DNA of 63,970 nt, counting the filler, from Licmophora abbreviata (lineage: Eukaryota), in the NCBI GenBank assembly GCA_900291995.1. It is 8 parts of 8 records of this genome, joined end to end, with 100 filler letters (N's around TTAATTAATTAA, not from the genome) between each part and the next. Parts side by side here need not be neighbours in the genome. Positions count along the whole stretch, not along the records: positions 44,019 to 57,097 come from OLMU01004248.1; positions 57,198 to 59,535 come from OLMU01004249.1; positions 59,636 to 61,802 come from OLMU01004252.1; 5 more parts are not named here. The stretch is one strand, 5' to 3'. Every line of letters begins with the position of its first letter. The first letter of the stretch is position 1. Below are positions 47,962 through 59,739 of the stretch, one piece after another. Made by a program: the position numbers and the translations under genes. The notes under the pieces are model-generated. The model was not told the DNA's origin. It did not search any database and saw nothing but the letters and a program-made list of their open reading frames with translations.

Positions 47962-48451
47962 CGCGGCACTAGCAGTTTTTTGGCGGGAAAGACTCGTTCG
48001 AAAAGAGCACCCGATTTTCGACTCTGAACAGATCTCCAGAAGCCACAGCCCCAGCTACTCAACGATTACAATGGGAAGGTTTGTTCTCGACGTTGTTGCG
48101 TAGGGGACGAGCCGCTCTAGGTTGCCGCCACTGCCTGCATTCCACTCGAAGGGATGTTGCTTCGAGTGAAAAAGTAGAAGTTTGAAGTTGATGAAAGAAG
48201 CGCTCGTCGCCATCGTCTCTCGTCTTCACTCACTCGTCTCTTGCGCGCGCCATTTTACCAAAGAAGGAATCCGGAATCCGTCGGCGTCAAGGCGCAATGT
48301 GTGACGCTTCCGGCCATCAACCGCTTAGCGCGCGTGATGACAGAAAGATCTGTGGCCATCAGAGCTTCGAACCATCACGGCGCTGTTGCCACTAGCCCAT
48401 TACACTAACCTCTTTTGCATTCGTCGCCGTCCGACGAGAGACGTTGCAATT

Positions 48452-49186
48452 ATGGTGAAGATCACTACACTCATCGTGCTACACGCCTTGGTCGGAGCAA
48501 CCCTGGCACTCACACCGTCGCAACCCGCGTTCTCACGGAAATTGAAAACACAATGTTCCGCCACACTGGAAGGCCGACAAATCAAGGGTGACTTCAAGCC
48601 CATCAACAACTTTTTGCTTGTCAAAGTCGCACCTGCTCAGGAAGAGACTGAAGGCGGAATCCTGCTATCGGGAAAGGCAAAGATTAAGAAGACCGAGGGT
48701 ACTGTCATCTCTGTGGGCCCTGGAAAGACTCACCAGGATTCAGGCGCTGTCTTTGAGATGCCAGTGGAAGCTGGGGAGGGTGTAGTATACGGAAAGTTTG
48801 ATGGAACTGAGGTCAAGTACAATGATGAGCCGCACACTCTCATTCGTGATGACGATATTCTGATCAAGTTCACGGGAGACGAGCTGACTCTGGAAAGTTG
48901 CGATGTCATTCGGGACTCGTGCTTGGTGCGACCCAACTTGGCGGATGAGGAGGAATCCACTGGGGGCATCCTGCTGGCCAAGAGCTCTACGAGCGAAGCC
49001 AAGCCGTCCACAGGTGAAGTAGTCAAGGTGGGACCTGGAAGAATGGCTGCCAATGGCTCGCTTATGGACATGGATGTAGGGGTTGGCGACATGATCAAGT
49101 TTCGTGATTATGCTGGCAATGAAGTCACGGTTGAAGGCGAAGAATACACGGTTGTGCGAATGATCGACATCCTTGCCAAGTTCTAG
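48452..49186 (+). CDS. cpn20: Plastid chaperonin 20/21 (tandem GroES domains)
   Basis: Two copies of T.GGILL...G.V..VGPG. N-terminal signal peptide. Confidence 0.93.
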   Translation: MVKITTLIVLHALVGATLALTPSQPAFSRKLKTQCSATLEGRQIKGDFKPINNFLLVKVAPAQEETEGGILLSGKAKIKKTEGTVISVGPGKTHQDSGAVFEMPVEAGEGVVYGKFDGTEVKYNDEPHTLIRDDDILIKFTGDELTLESCDVIRDSCLVRPNLADEEESTGGILLAKSSTSEAKPSTGEVVKVGPGRMAANGSLMDMDVGVGDMIKFRDYAGNEVTVEGEEYTVVRMIDILAKF

Positions 49187-49562
49187 GTAGCATTATCAAT
49201 CATGTCGGCAAATGTAGTGAAATTGACGTGAGTGGTGATGGAGTTTGACCGAGAGCTAGACTAGAGTTGAGAGTCGAGCCAGTATTATTCACATTCATGC
49301 CTTAACAGTCCAGCCGGCGTACGTGAAATAACCCCCAAATCGATTCGAATGAATCAACCATCATAGCTTGGAGATCTTCCAAGTGGAACGACGCCGCTAC
49401 GATGGTGAAGGCTCCGCGACGCCTCCAGCAAATCAATCAGTTGGAAAAGCAATCCATCGCAGGTGTGATGGATTCTTGAGCTGCTCTTTGCGTTGACCAT
49501 CAGCTGCTCGGTGACTTGCTAGCGTAATAGATATCTGCCACGCTAGAACAGGAACCAAGAGT

Positions 49563-50597
49563 ATGAGCCGCTCCTGCTTTCTATCCTGCCTCTTGCTGTT
49601 TTGTGGCAGCCATCACGTTGTTGTCGATGCTTCGAATGCCCCGGGACGTCTTCGTTTTGCATCCCCATTGCAGTCTCTGACTATCTGGGACTCCAGTAAT
49701 GACCCGGGTTCCTCTCGAGCGAAGTTTCTCCCTCGTTACAAGGCTGGACTCAAGGCCGAAGCTGATATACGCAAGACGCTGCGCGCCAAGCACGAACAAG
49801 CGTTGGCCACTCTGGAGGAACGTGGAGGTCCCAACTGGGCAGCGAAGGCTGCTGCGATCGAGCGACGCCAGCAAAAGGAGGAGGATCGTTTGGCAGAACT
49901 TGCTTTTGAAAGAGCACAGAAAGAGTACGATGCATCTGTGGCCTCATCGTCGGTGTCGGGCAAGACTAGCAAGACAGGGAGAGCCAAGAATCCGTATCAG
50001 TTTGTGGGCGTCGTCAATCCGTTGTCTTCCAAGAAAGCAATTTCGTGGTATGCACGGAAAAAACCTGAAAGAGCGGAGTGGTCACTACGCCTGGTGCATG
50101 TGAACCGAGATGCCATAATTAAGGACCTATTTCATCGGGGCAAGGTCGACATCTTTGCACGATACAAGAATACCGGCAAAGCGGACGAGGAGTCGCAGCA
50201 ACGGCTTGTCGAGAGTGAATACTTTGTCAAACAGCGGTCCTGGAGGTAGGTTCTTGAGTGCGATGAGTGTGGTTTTGCGAGCGAACTGGTCCTTAGGCTC
50301 ACAGCGTCCTTCGGTCGTTGCCCTGCGTGCAGAACGTTGTGGAACTTTTCTCCTAAGCATTTCTTTACGGATTCCTCAGGCATGTACTGGAGAGAGCGTC
50401 GAGTCCCTCCTGGAATGTACACCGACGGAAGCACTGTATACGAGTCGTCGTATCGCTACAGGGATGGACGGAATGGCATGCATCGAGTTTCTCGTTTTGA
50501 TCAGTTCATGGATTCCAAGACGGTCGACCCATCGTTGAAGCAGAAGATCGTGCAGCGAATGCAAACAGAAGCTCCCGATATTGTGCTTGAAGAGTGA
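49563..50597 (+). CDS. Hypothetical protein with signal peptide, intron 50246-50332
   Basis: AG|GTAGG...GCAG|A joins the ORFs to give RSWRTLWNFSPKHFF. Confidence 0.75.
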
Positions 50598-51016
50598 ATC
50601 TACTCTAGCTTTAAATGGTGTAAACGATCGGAATTTACGGTTGTTAGTATACCGTAGGTCTAGACTTATGTGGGACACTGACTGCAACGATTATGTAATG
50701 AACTATGTGCTGTACCTGTGCCGGTGTTGTGTGACACGACCGGCTGGATCGGGGCTATCGTATCAAAGTCAGCAGCTTTGATCAGCCCTAATGACCTAAT
50801 GACCAATTTATAAATGCCAAGCCGATATAGACCTGCAAACCGGTATACGATATAGCGGAGGATCTCCGTCCACAAGATTTATCGTGGCGGTGCGCGAGAA
50901 TGCCACTTTTCCGAGGTCACCCCCTCTTGCGGAAAAACAACGGGTTGATGAAGTGCATAAATTGTTGAAACCGAACGATCACATTCAAGAAAGGCTCAAT
51001 CATTGCTGCGTTGACA

Positions 51017-52269
51017 ATGAACGCTCCTCCCACGCACACCCATACAGGCTCAATCGGGGGCTACGAGAAAGAAGAAGCATCGGAGAATCAAGAAGTCAGG
51101 GAAACGGAAGAAATGCCGCCTTCGCCCGAAGAAGAGGATCTGGAATCGCCTATATCACCACAAAAGACTTCTCAGTCCGATGGTGTTACCACGGCCGTTG
51201 TGTCATCTAAACCAGGAAGTCAAGCTCCTCAGGATGCTTCGCAAACTCCCAACAGAGAAGTCAATAAGCGCTACAAGGATCTACAAGAAACAGGCCGGTG
51301 GGGAGATATCAGCAAGCGTGAGATCTACGTCGTTGCGGGACTCCTGATCCTCGTCGTGGCAGCGGTCATTGGAGTGACAGTCTACTTTGTTACCAAAGAC
51401 AACGGGTCGTCGTCTTCCTCGGACCTTCCGCCCGTCTCTCAGTCGCCTACAGCGCCGCCGACCGAGGCGGCTGTCCTATCTCCTGAGGCTGAACTGGCCT
51501 TGATTCGAGAAGCCGTGGCTGCCAATCCGTACGCCCAAGACAACTTGAGCTTGCTTCCTGATGATGCAAGTTTCTACCAGAACAAGTTCAGGGATCCAAC
51601 CGCCTCCGCCATTGTCCGTGCCGCATCCTGGGTCATCCACGAAGATCCCATCGACTCCCCATCGACTCTTCTGGAAAGATACGCTTTGGCTACGTTCTAT
51701 TTCACTACTGAAGGCGACCAGTGGTCCGACAACACCAACTGGTTGACCGCTACTCATTTTTGTGAGTGGAATGGCGTAGCGTGTGATCGTCTTCAGGAGA
51801 CGATTGTAGCTTTGGACTTGACGTCAAACAACGTGAATGGGCCTATCCCTGTGGAACTCAACTTTCTTCAGTCTATTCGAGAGATTTCGCTTACGGACAA
51901 CATCATGACTGGTATTCTTCCAGGACTTCCGCTGGGTACCCTGCCCTCGCTTACCATCCTCTATCTAAACTCCAATCAACTCACTGGGGAAGTCTCGGCA
52001 GATCTACGTGCCAACGGTGTACTCAGTAAGTCATCAGAAAAAGCCTTACAGTGCACCAATTTTTTGGTCTACAAGTGAAATGTCTAACGTCTCACCTGCC
52101 GTATTCTTTCCTCGCAGACACACTCTTCATTCAGCAGAACAATTTCACGGGAAACTTCCCATTCGAGTTCTGCCCTCGATTTGTCGGGGATCCGCCCATC
52201 CTCCAAGAATTTGGTCTCGATTGCTTTGAAGTCAGTTGCTTTTGCTGCGCGGATTTCAACTGCTTCTAG
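51017..52269 (+). CDS. Single-pass type II membrane LRR protein (diatom-expanded type), intron 52026-52117
   Basis: TM IYVVAGLLILVVAAV, ERYALATFYF...W..NTNWL...CEWNGVAC, plant-type LRRs and a Cys-rich tail. Confidence 0.88.
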
Positions 52270-52453
52270 TCTGTCTACGTGCATCATGGGAAACCAATGG
52301 ACTCCTTTCATCAACGCTTCTGCTTCAGAAGCCGGAGTGGTTGTGGCATGCACTCGGGATACAACGCAATGCGCTACGCAATTTCTATATATACCACAAT
52401 TTCATACCGTCAAATGGCGCTTTATGCTTGTACTGAACTAGAAACTAGAACCA

Positions 52454-54307
52454 TCAGCTGACAGCTCTCATAGGCGTAAGCTCGACGCCAACACCTTTCT
52501 CATTCACAGAGCGGTTGGCCGAGTTCTTGCGGGACAGCTCGATGCCCTCGCTGTCACCATCATGGCTAGTATCGCTATAGCCCGGGTTCTCTTCACTCAC
52601 TGTGCTGAGTCGAGAGTATCCTGTCAAATTGTACGAGCCTCTCCCATGTTCGAGCTCACTGTGACCGACGATCGTTCCGTCACGCACAAGGTTGTCAAAG
52701 GCAATGCCGGCGCGGTAGCAAACGTACCAAAGCGCTCCTGCCGTCAAGAGACTGGGCATCGTCCCGACTCGTACGCTTTTCTCGACCGAACCAGCGAACG
52801 TGTTGATGCTACTGCCGACGGCCTTGGCGACGCGAGCCCCCACGACGTCAATCCAGAACTTTGCACGAAACTTAATGGCGTTGGACGTTGGTAAGTACAA
52901 GAGCTCCTTGGAGGGGTCGTGAATCGAGTACGTCATGGCCTTGAGGATAGACATGGACACAAATAAGACAGTCAGGTTGCCCGGAAGGGCGCCGTAGGCC
53001 ACGACTGTAGCAACTAGCAGGAGTGATGGAAAGAGTCGTAGGGTCATGCGCAGCCCGAACTTCTGAATCAGAAATGGGAAGAGTAGGTAGGAAAACAAGA
53101 GACTGGTCACATTGGTGAGCTGCCCGTACCGCCCCATGAACTGTGTAAACGTCATGTCAGGCGTGAAAGAAGATGTGTTGTCTTCAAAGCGTTCCCACCC
53201 CAGCAGCTTCATTTGATAATCAAGACATGTCAAAGATACTTCGTAAAGACAAGACACTCCCAAGATGAGTAGCACATAATTGTGCTTCAAAATAAGATGA
53301 ACGCCAGACCAAAACACGGGTTTTTCCTTCTTGACTTCGTCTCGCGGAAAAGTGAGACTATCCGCAGTCAGTTCAAAGGCTGGCGGATATCGGCGGTCGT
53401 ACGATAGCATGACCATGACTTGCAGAGAAATGATGAGAATCGCTACACAGACTAGTGTCTGTGTCGTCCAGTAGTGCGTCGTGACCATGGAACTCCCTGC
53501 AATGGCACCAAGCTGCGCAATTGCAATAATTACCCCGTAGAATCGTTCGGCATCTCCTAGTGATAGCGTTGAGTTCGTATAGGACCAGAAAGTGGCCACC
53601 GAAAGTGAGCCAAAGGACTCAATGCTGGCATACAATACGTACGCTAGTACATGCCAGCCCGCCTTCGATGCTGATGAGAGTTGAACCGTCGTCGTGGAAG
53701 GACTGAGGTTTCCATTCGCAAAGGAGGGATGCAGATTGACTAGAAATGAAAGCAGCGCGAAGAGGACCATGTATGAAATGCCAACATAGGCAAAAATTGC
53801 CACCGGCACTCTGTCATTGGCAGCATCGGGCCTTGGGTTGCTATCGTCCATGTGCATCCGTGTCCACCGCCCTCCTCCGTCGAGTACATCTTCCTCGCTC
53901 GACGGTCGCACTTCGTCATCGTTTTGATCTCGAGCATGTGAGAGAAACTCGAGAAAGCAGACAAGGCCGAGTGTGCCGAATACGCTGAAAAGCTTTGCAG
54001 GTGGCTGGTGCTTGTCAAGGTTTCCGTTTACTAGGACTCCGAAGACTGGATCTTTCAGCGAGTCCAGCAGCCAAAACGAGAAAAGAATCAAAAACAATCC
54101 CACCCCCAGCCAATAAGGCCGCACTCTCTCAAGCCGTTGCCGCCGACGCGACGCCGGGAAAGCGGTACTGCGAGGAGAACGGCCCAAGAGACCGTCCGTG
54201 CTGTCGTCGTCAACATCTTCTTCCTCTAGTGCCGCGTGGGGGTGTTTCGGGCCTTGTACAGAATTTTTGACAAGTGCGTCACTAATTTCGTCCTCTCTGT
54301 CCACCAT
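52454..54307 (-). CDS. NTT/TLC-family nucleotide (ADP/ATP) transporter
   Basis: LLDSLKDP, FWSYTN...AERFYG and KAMTYSIHDPSKELLYLP...KFRAKFWIDVVGARVAKAVGS. About 12 TM helices. Confidence 0.88.
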   Translation of the reverse strand: MVDREDEISDALVKNSVQGPKHPHAALEEEDVDDDSTDGLLGRSPRSTAFPASRRRQRLERVRPYWLGVGLFLILFSFWLLDSLKDPVFGVLVNGNLDKHQPPAKLFSVFGTLGLVCFLEFLSHARDQNDDEVRPSSEEDVLDGGGRWTRMHMDDSNPRPDAANDRVPVAIFAYVGISYMVLFALLSFLVNLHPSFANGNLSPSTTTVQLSSASKAGWHVLAYVLYASIESFGSLSVATFWSYTNSTLSLGDAERFYGVIIAIAQLGAIAGSSMVTTHYWTTQTLVCVAILIISLQVMVMLSYDRRYPPAFELTADSLTFPRDEVKKEKPVFWSGVHLILKHNYVLLILGVSCLYEVSLTCLDYQMKLLGWERFEDNTSSFTPDMTFTQFMGRYGQLTNVTSLLFSYLLFPFLIQKFGLRMTLRLFPSLLLVATVVAYGALPGNLTVLFVSMSILKAMTYSIHDPSKELLYLPTSNAIKFRAKFWIDVVGARVAKAVGSSINTFAGSVEKSVRVGTMPSLLTAGALWYVCYRAGIAFDNLVRDGTIVGHSELEHGRGSYNLTGYSRLSTVSEENPGYSDTSHDGDSEGIELSRKNSANRSVNEKGVGVELTPMRAVS

Positions 54308-54526
54308 GGTATCACTCTTTCAGCAATGTGGTTGCAAGACGACTCTCTTTCTTCCTTCACGACCTTTGTTCCGCTCTATCGTCGTCATTGTGCTGTGTGA
54401 TGCTCATTGCGTCGCGAAAACTGGAGGAAATGACAGCGCGGTCCGAGCTTCCCAAAATATTTGCTCTCACACGTCATCGATGAGGATTGTCCTCACTTTT
54501 TTGGCCACGCGAGTTTGTGTCGGACC

Positions 54527-55581
54527 ATGCTGGTCATGAAGATTTCGGCAGCTTTCACCATCGGAGCGGCGGCCTTTATAAGAGACGTTCAATCCTTTAC
54601 AGTGATCAAAAGAAGCCATTCTTCATTTTTGTCTAGATCAGCTCGCTCGTCGGCATTTCGATTGAACACAGCCAATAGCAACTATGAGTACGCTCTCATT
54701 TTCGATTGCGATGGTGTCATTATCGAGACGGAAGAACTGCATCGAATGGCCTACAACGCAGCTTTTGATGAAGCGAACTTGAAGATAAATGGAACTCCGG
54801 TGGAATGGACCGTCGATTACTACGATATTCTCCAGAACACGGTGGGAGGTGGCAAGGGCAAAATGTTTTATCATTTTCGAAATACAACCGGTGCATTCCC
54901 TATGGCAGGCGACAAGGCGGCGCCGAGTACTCCGGAAGAAGAACAGGCACTAGTGGACGAGCTACAAGCACACAAGACAGAGCTGTACAAAGATCTCATT
55001 GCAGAAAAGGCTGTCCCTCGTCCTGGTGTCATTGAGCTGATGGACGAAGCACTTGACGATCCCACAATTGCTGTGGGCGTATGCTCGGCATCTACGAAAG
55101 CGGCCGTGAACAAGGTTCTAGATGTGACATTGGGCGAAGAGAGGCGCAGGAAACTAGACGTTTGTATTCTAGGAGACGATGTATCAAAGCTCAAACCTGA
55201 CCCGATGATTTACAATACTGCCGCCGATCGACTGCGAATTGACAAGAACAAATGTGTAGTTGTAGAGGACAGCATGGTCGGACTTCGCGCCGCCAAGGGA
55301 GCGGTACGCGTATTAGAGCAGTGGAATGTACTTGGTATATGAGGACGTGCGACTTTAATCAATGCGTCTCCTTGCCCTTCGTCTTGTCGTGAAACTTACA
55401 GGGGATGAAATGCATCATTACCTACACATCGAGCACAGAGCGAGAAGATTTCTATGGGGAGGGAGCTGACGCAAAGGTCCCTGAGCTAGGTAAACGTGAA
55501 GTCACTCTGGAATCCATATTTGGACCATTGAGAGAGAAAGGAGATGAGGCTGCAATGTTGGAAGGAATCAAGGACTCCTAA
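54527..55581 (+). CDS. cbbY: HAD-family CbbY-like phosphatase, plastid-type presequence, intron 55304-55401
   Basis: FDCDGVIIETEELHR, GGGK, RPGV, KPDP and VEDS...AAKGA|GMKCIITYT. Signal ends QS/F. Confidence 0.88.
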
Positions 55582-55877
55582 GGCGAAAGTTTAGTGCGAC
55601 ACTAATATGTTCTGACTATGGGGTCACGGCGATATATCAAGGTGATAGCTACAATGCGCGCACACACACACAACAAAACGATAATTGAGTGATAGCTCAA
55701 GTTAGTTTAGCGCGGTTGCACTCCGAGAGACAAGCGGATTAAGGCATATTGCTTGTGTTCAGTCGGTCAATGTTTTCTGGCGGACGGGAACTTTCGCTCA
55801 AGTGTACCGGTATATTTGCCAACCGACCATCATTCGGTATCAACATTTGTACTCCGTCATTGCAAGCCAGTTTTGGC

Positions 55878-56734
55878 CTATACAAAGAACTCATCGTCAG
55901 CACTCGCATCGTAGTCAGGAGAGTCAATGTCCGGGGTGATTTCCACCATTCCAAGATCTACCAATATGTTGAACGCTTTCTCTTGTAGATCCATGGCAGC
56001 GTATTTGGCCCCGAGCTCTTTTTCTACCTCAGGAGCCTTCGGCTGCTGCCTGGCCTCCACAGCAGCTTTGCGCTGTGCCTCGATGGCAGCATCGCGATCG
56101 CGAATGGCAGCTCGGGCCTTCTCTTCCCGCTCCAAGCGAGCCGACAGCAGAGCGCGCTGCTTCTGCTCAGAAGCGCGTTTCGAAGCGAGAATCTTCGCCG
56201 CTTCTTCAGCAGCCTTCTGAGAAGCTTCCTCCTCCGCAGCCTTGCGTGCAGCTTCCTCTGCAGCGGCTTTTGCATCAGCAGCTGCCTTGGCCTCCGCAGC
56301 GGCTTTTGCTTCAGAAGCTGCCTTGGCCTCAGCCTCGCGCTTTGCATCGGCAGTGTCGGCAGAAGCCTTCACCTCGGCTTCCTTCTTTGCTGTTTCATCA
56401 GCCGCCGCTACCTCTTCTTTCGCAGCCACCTCGACAGCAGCAACAGCATCGGGTGCCTCAAGAACAGCCACTGGAGAGTCTGTGGACGAAGGTGAGCGAG
56501 GAGGTATGCCATCAGGACCGTATCAATACACACCACCGCTTGGAAGGAGATATAATTCGACACCAATCTTACCGTTCACAGGTGCAGATGTGCTCTTTTT
56601 TTTACTCTTTTTCTTTTTCTTGGCCAGAAGGGCGAACGTATGTGGGGCGGAACGCTGCGGGAGGACAAACGCCGAGACGGAAGTTACAGCTCCCAGATGA
56701 GGAGAGCAGAGAATGATGCCGTAGAAAGTTTCAT
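55878..56734 (-). CDS. Ala/Glu/Lys-rich coiled-coil protein with plastid presequence; intron 56480-56572; 1-nt frameshift near 56695
   Basis: Adding one base gives MKLSTASFSALLILGAVTSVSA/FVLP. Contains EAKAAA repeats and C-terminal KYAAMDLQEKAFNILVDLGMV. Confidence 0.75.
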
Positions 56735-57097
56735 GATGAAAATGGAAAATTCTTCTTGCTTTTGAGCGAGTCTTACTGTAGAAGAGCAGTGTTGAGGGTA
56801 TATTTTGGGATCAACAAAGCGACAAGGGTGCAATGAAAAAGACGGATGGGTGACAATCAAACGTTCGCATGAAAACTTCGGGTATTTTTCGAATGTTGCG
56901 CTTGCCGGCGCAGATCTTGCGTCTTCGTGCGTCACGCTTTCTCTTCAACTTCCGGGTTTGCAAGTAGGATTGGTGAATCGACAGACAGACAGACTCTGCA
57001 GAACTTTCGGCAGAAGCACACTGCAGCTGTCACACAAAAGCCAATCGGCATCTGCCGTTGACGTGTGTGGGTTCTGGGGTTGCCAATGACGCCTTAT

Positions 57098-57197
57098 NNN
57101 NNNNNNNNNNNNNNNNNNNNNNNNNNNNNNNNNNNNNNNNNTTAATTAATTAANNNNNNNNNNNNNNNNNNNNNNNNNNNNNNNNNNNNNNNNNNNN
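57098..57197. other. Assembly linker
   Basis: N44-TTAATTAATTAA-N44. Confidence 0.97.
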
Positions 57198-57319
57198 TTG
57201 AGTTGCAGACTCCATATTTTACCGCGAAGTGTCGAGAGAGAGAGAGAGGGCACCTGTCGTGGCTCGACGGACTGGGCACAGCCAGTCTTTGCACTGTTTT
57301 CAAAAAGGCGATAGCAGCC

Positions 57320-58772
57320 ATGAAGTTTCTTTCTTCCAGGCACACGGCATCAGTGATTTGCTCGTTTGCATCGGTGTCTTTCGTAGACGCCATGGTATCT
57401 TTACGGGCACGGAAGGGGGGTTCGGACTCTCGCTATTTTACAATCGAACAGGTTTTACCCCCTCTTCAGGCTTGCACGCCTGTTGTCCCTTTTCGAAATG
57501 AAACAGCGAGCGAGGCCATCCCGTACAGCGAACCATCATCGCCAGGCATGTTTTGCAAGCCTCTGCCCGTGGTATACACGAACGACCCAGGCAGTGTAGC
57601 CAACTGGCTCTGTGACAACATTCCGACATCAGGGGGGATGCTGGGATTCGACGTGGAGGTAAGAATAGAATCGTGTCTTCTGTGTACCGGTAGTGTGACA
57701 TACAGGACGAGACTTTGTGGATCGAGCAATCATCGTCAAACTTGATCAGGTGCGAAATGTCCCCACCTTGCTTGTGGGTGTGCTTGCTGATGAAACCAAA
57801 CAAAAGGGCGATGACGACAACAACCAGCTACACTGAAATGGGTGTTAGTCTACCCTGACCCTGTAGAGTGAATCTTGTTCCAGCGATGGTGCAAGCATGA
57901 GCCCTTTTGTTTTTATAGACGGGATGATCGCAATCATGTTTCTTCCCACGAATTGCTGTTTATGGCTCACACTTTCATCGTTTCATCCCATTCTTTTGTC
58001 GTAGTCGGTCCCAAACGCACCTTGGATACAGAAAAAGGCGTCGTTCGAGGGACCCGCTACGGTTCAACTGGCTACACCTGAATCGTCGCTGGTCGTGCAC
58101 CTTACTCGTCGCAGCGGACAGCGTAGTCTTGCGTGTACTCCGATACTAGAGGCAATACTGAATGATGCCACCATAGTCAAGGCTGGCACTGGAATTGATG
58201 AGGACATGCTGGAACTCTACATGAGTTGGCAGGGACTTCGGGCGAAGTCTTATTGGGATCTGGGCCGCGTTGCGGGATGGACCCAGTCGGTTGGGCTTCA
58301 ACGTCTGACACGCAGTATTCTAGGAGTCGAGTTACCCAAATCGAGGCGACTGACCGTGAGTGACTGGAGTCAGGTCCCTTTGACGAATCAGCAACTTCGT
58401 TACAGCGCCCGCGATGCGTGGGCGGGAGCCGCTATTTCAGAAGAATTAGCAAGGCTCGACCCGCAAACGTTTGGGTCCACCGTCGTGGTAGATCGTCTGC
58501 GGCACCAACGTCCTCTGAAGGACTTACATCACAATAGAAGGAAGCGCAAGCATATCAAGGCGAGGCTGTCACAGCTTCTTGCTCCGTATGAAAAGAATGA
58601 ATCGTCGCCTCGAGCCGCGTTGCGCCTTGCACATAGATTACCGAATGATTCAGAGGACATTCCTCTGTCTGTCCAGAACAAAGTCCAGGAACTGCGAAAT
58701 GTCCTGCACGAGGCGACACCTGAGAATCGCCTGGCCCTTGACGTGGCCCAGCTTGGAATAGAAGTCCAGTAA
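57320..58772 (+). CDS. DEDDy 3'-5' exonuclease (WRN-exo/EXD2-like), intron 57659-58004
   Basis: LGFDVE|S, TVQLAT, IVKAGTGIDED and SDWSQVPLTNQQLRYSARDAW. Confidence 0.88.
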
Positions 58773-59249
58773 GCGGAGCTCCATACGTTTTTGCGATTCA
58801 AGACGTAGAAGGATCATCTAGTAAGGAAATACTATCCCAACTGCATTGTGCCGTAAGTAAACAAAGGGATGTTCTACTATAGGCGTTCGTTACAGGCAGG
58901 GCTCGTGAGAGTGAATGGTTGTTTCTTGCACACGGGTTGTTAGTGTACCAAGTACTCCGAGTAGGGCGAAACGATGACGTCTCGCTTTATCGCGCTCAGG
59001 CACCAGGTTTGTGCCCAATCCCGGGAAAATTCCACTCGGCATAATTAACTGCTAACATTTTAGTCGTAGTGACCCTGAGCGAGAGCTGTTTCTCCTTTGT
59101 TGAAGTCTGCAGCGGCAAGTCCAACGCAGAAGGAAGGTGCTGCGGTGCCAAACCTTCAGGTTGTCGCTCATCTCCCCCACAAGGCCTAATAGTTCCTCGT
59201 TGTCGACATTTCCAAGCGACGGTTTGATCAGATCTGGGAAACAAGAAAC

Positions 59250-59535
59250 ATGGAGGGAGCAGATTCGTCGATGAGTAAGAAAGACGACGTGGACGACTGT
59301 ACAAAGGAGACTGGAGCTTTGGGCGATGCCGCAGATCGCACCGAGGACGAAGGCCTTTCGAATGATGAGCAGGGGCTGGGATCTTCTCAGAAGCGCGCTC
59401 GACAAGAAGGCGAAAACGACCAGCCAGCATCATCCCGTCCTCGCGTCGGCGAGCCGACTGCTCCCGGTCAGGAAACAGATGCGTCCGCCGCGGGGGCAAA
59501 CGTGGGCGGTGGTGGGCCATTTCCTCCTGCAAGGA
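59250..59535 (+). CDS. Possible low-complexity protein N-terminus, truncated by the gap
   Basis: ATG-initiated acidic/Gly-rich ORF running into the linker. No recognisable motif. Confidence 0.3.
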
Positions 59536-59635
59536 NNNNNNNNNNNNNNNNNNNNNNNNNNNNNNNNNNNNNNNNNNNNTTAATTAATTAANNNNNNNNN
59601 NNNNNNNNNNNNNNNNNNNNNNNNNNNNNNNNNNN
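59536..59635. other. Assembly linker
   Basis: N44-TTAATTAATTAA-N44. Confidence 0.97.
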
Positions 59636-59739
59636 GGGGATCCGAATCAGTCGAAATGAGAACAAACTTGATGATCCTTACGTATGGAGACGTCGGGAAT
59701 TCGCTAGTTTCGATATGCTATAGCAAAAAGAAGTGAGTG

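Noticed and set aside
56200..56460. Tandem-like repeats, read as a CRISPR or satellite array
   Set aside because: They are degenerate codon repeats encoding EAKAAA in a coiled coil, with no repeat-spacer structure.
57233..57249. Short (GA)n/(CA)n microsatellites (also ~18990, ~34675, ~55660)
   Set aside because: These are ordinary short simple repeats.
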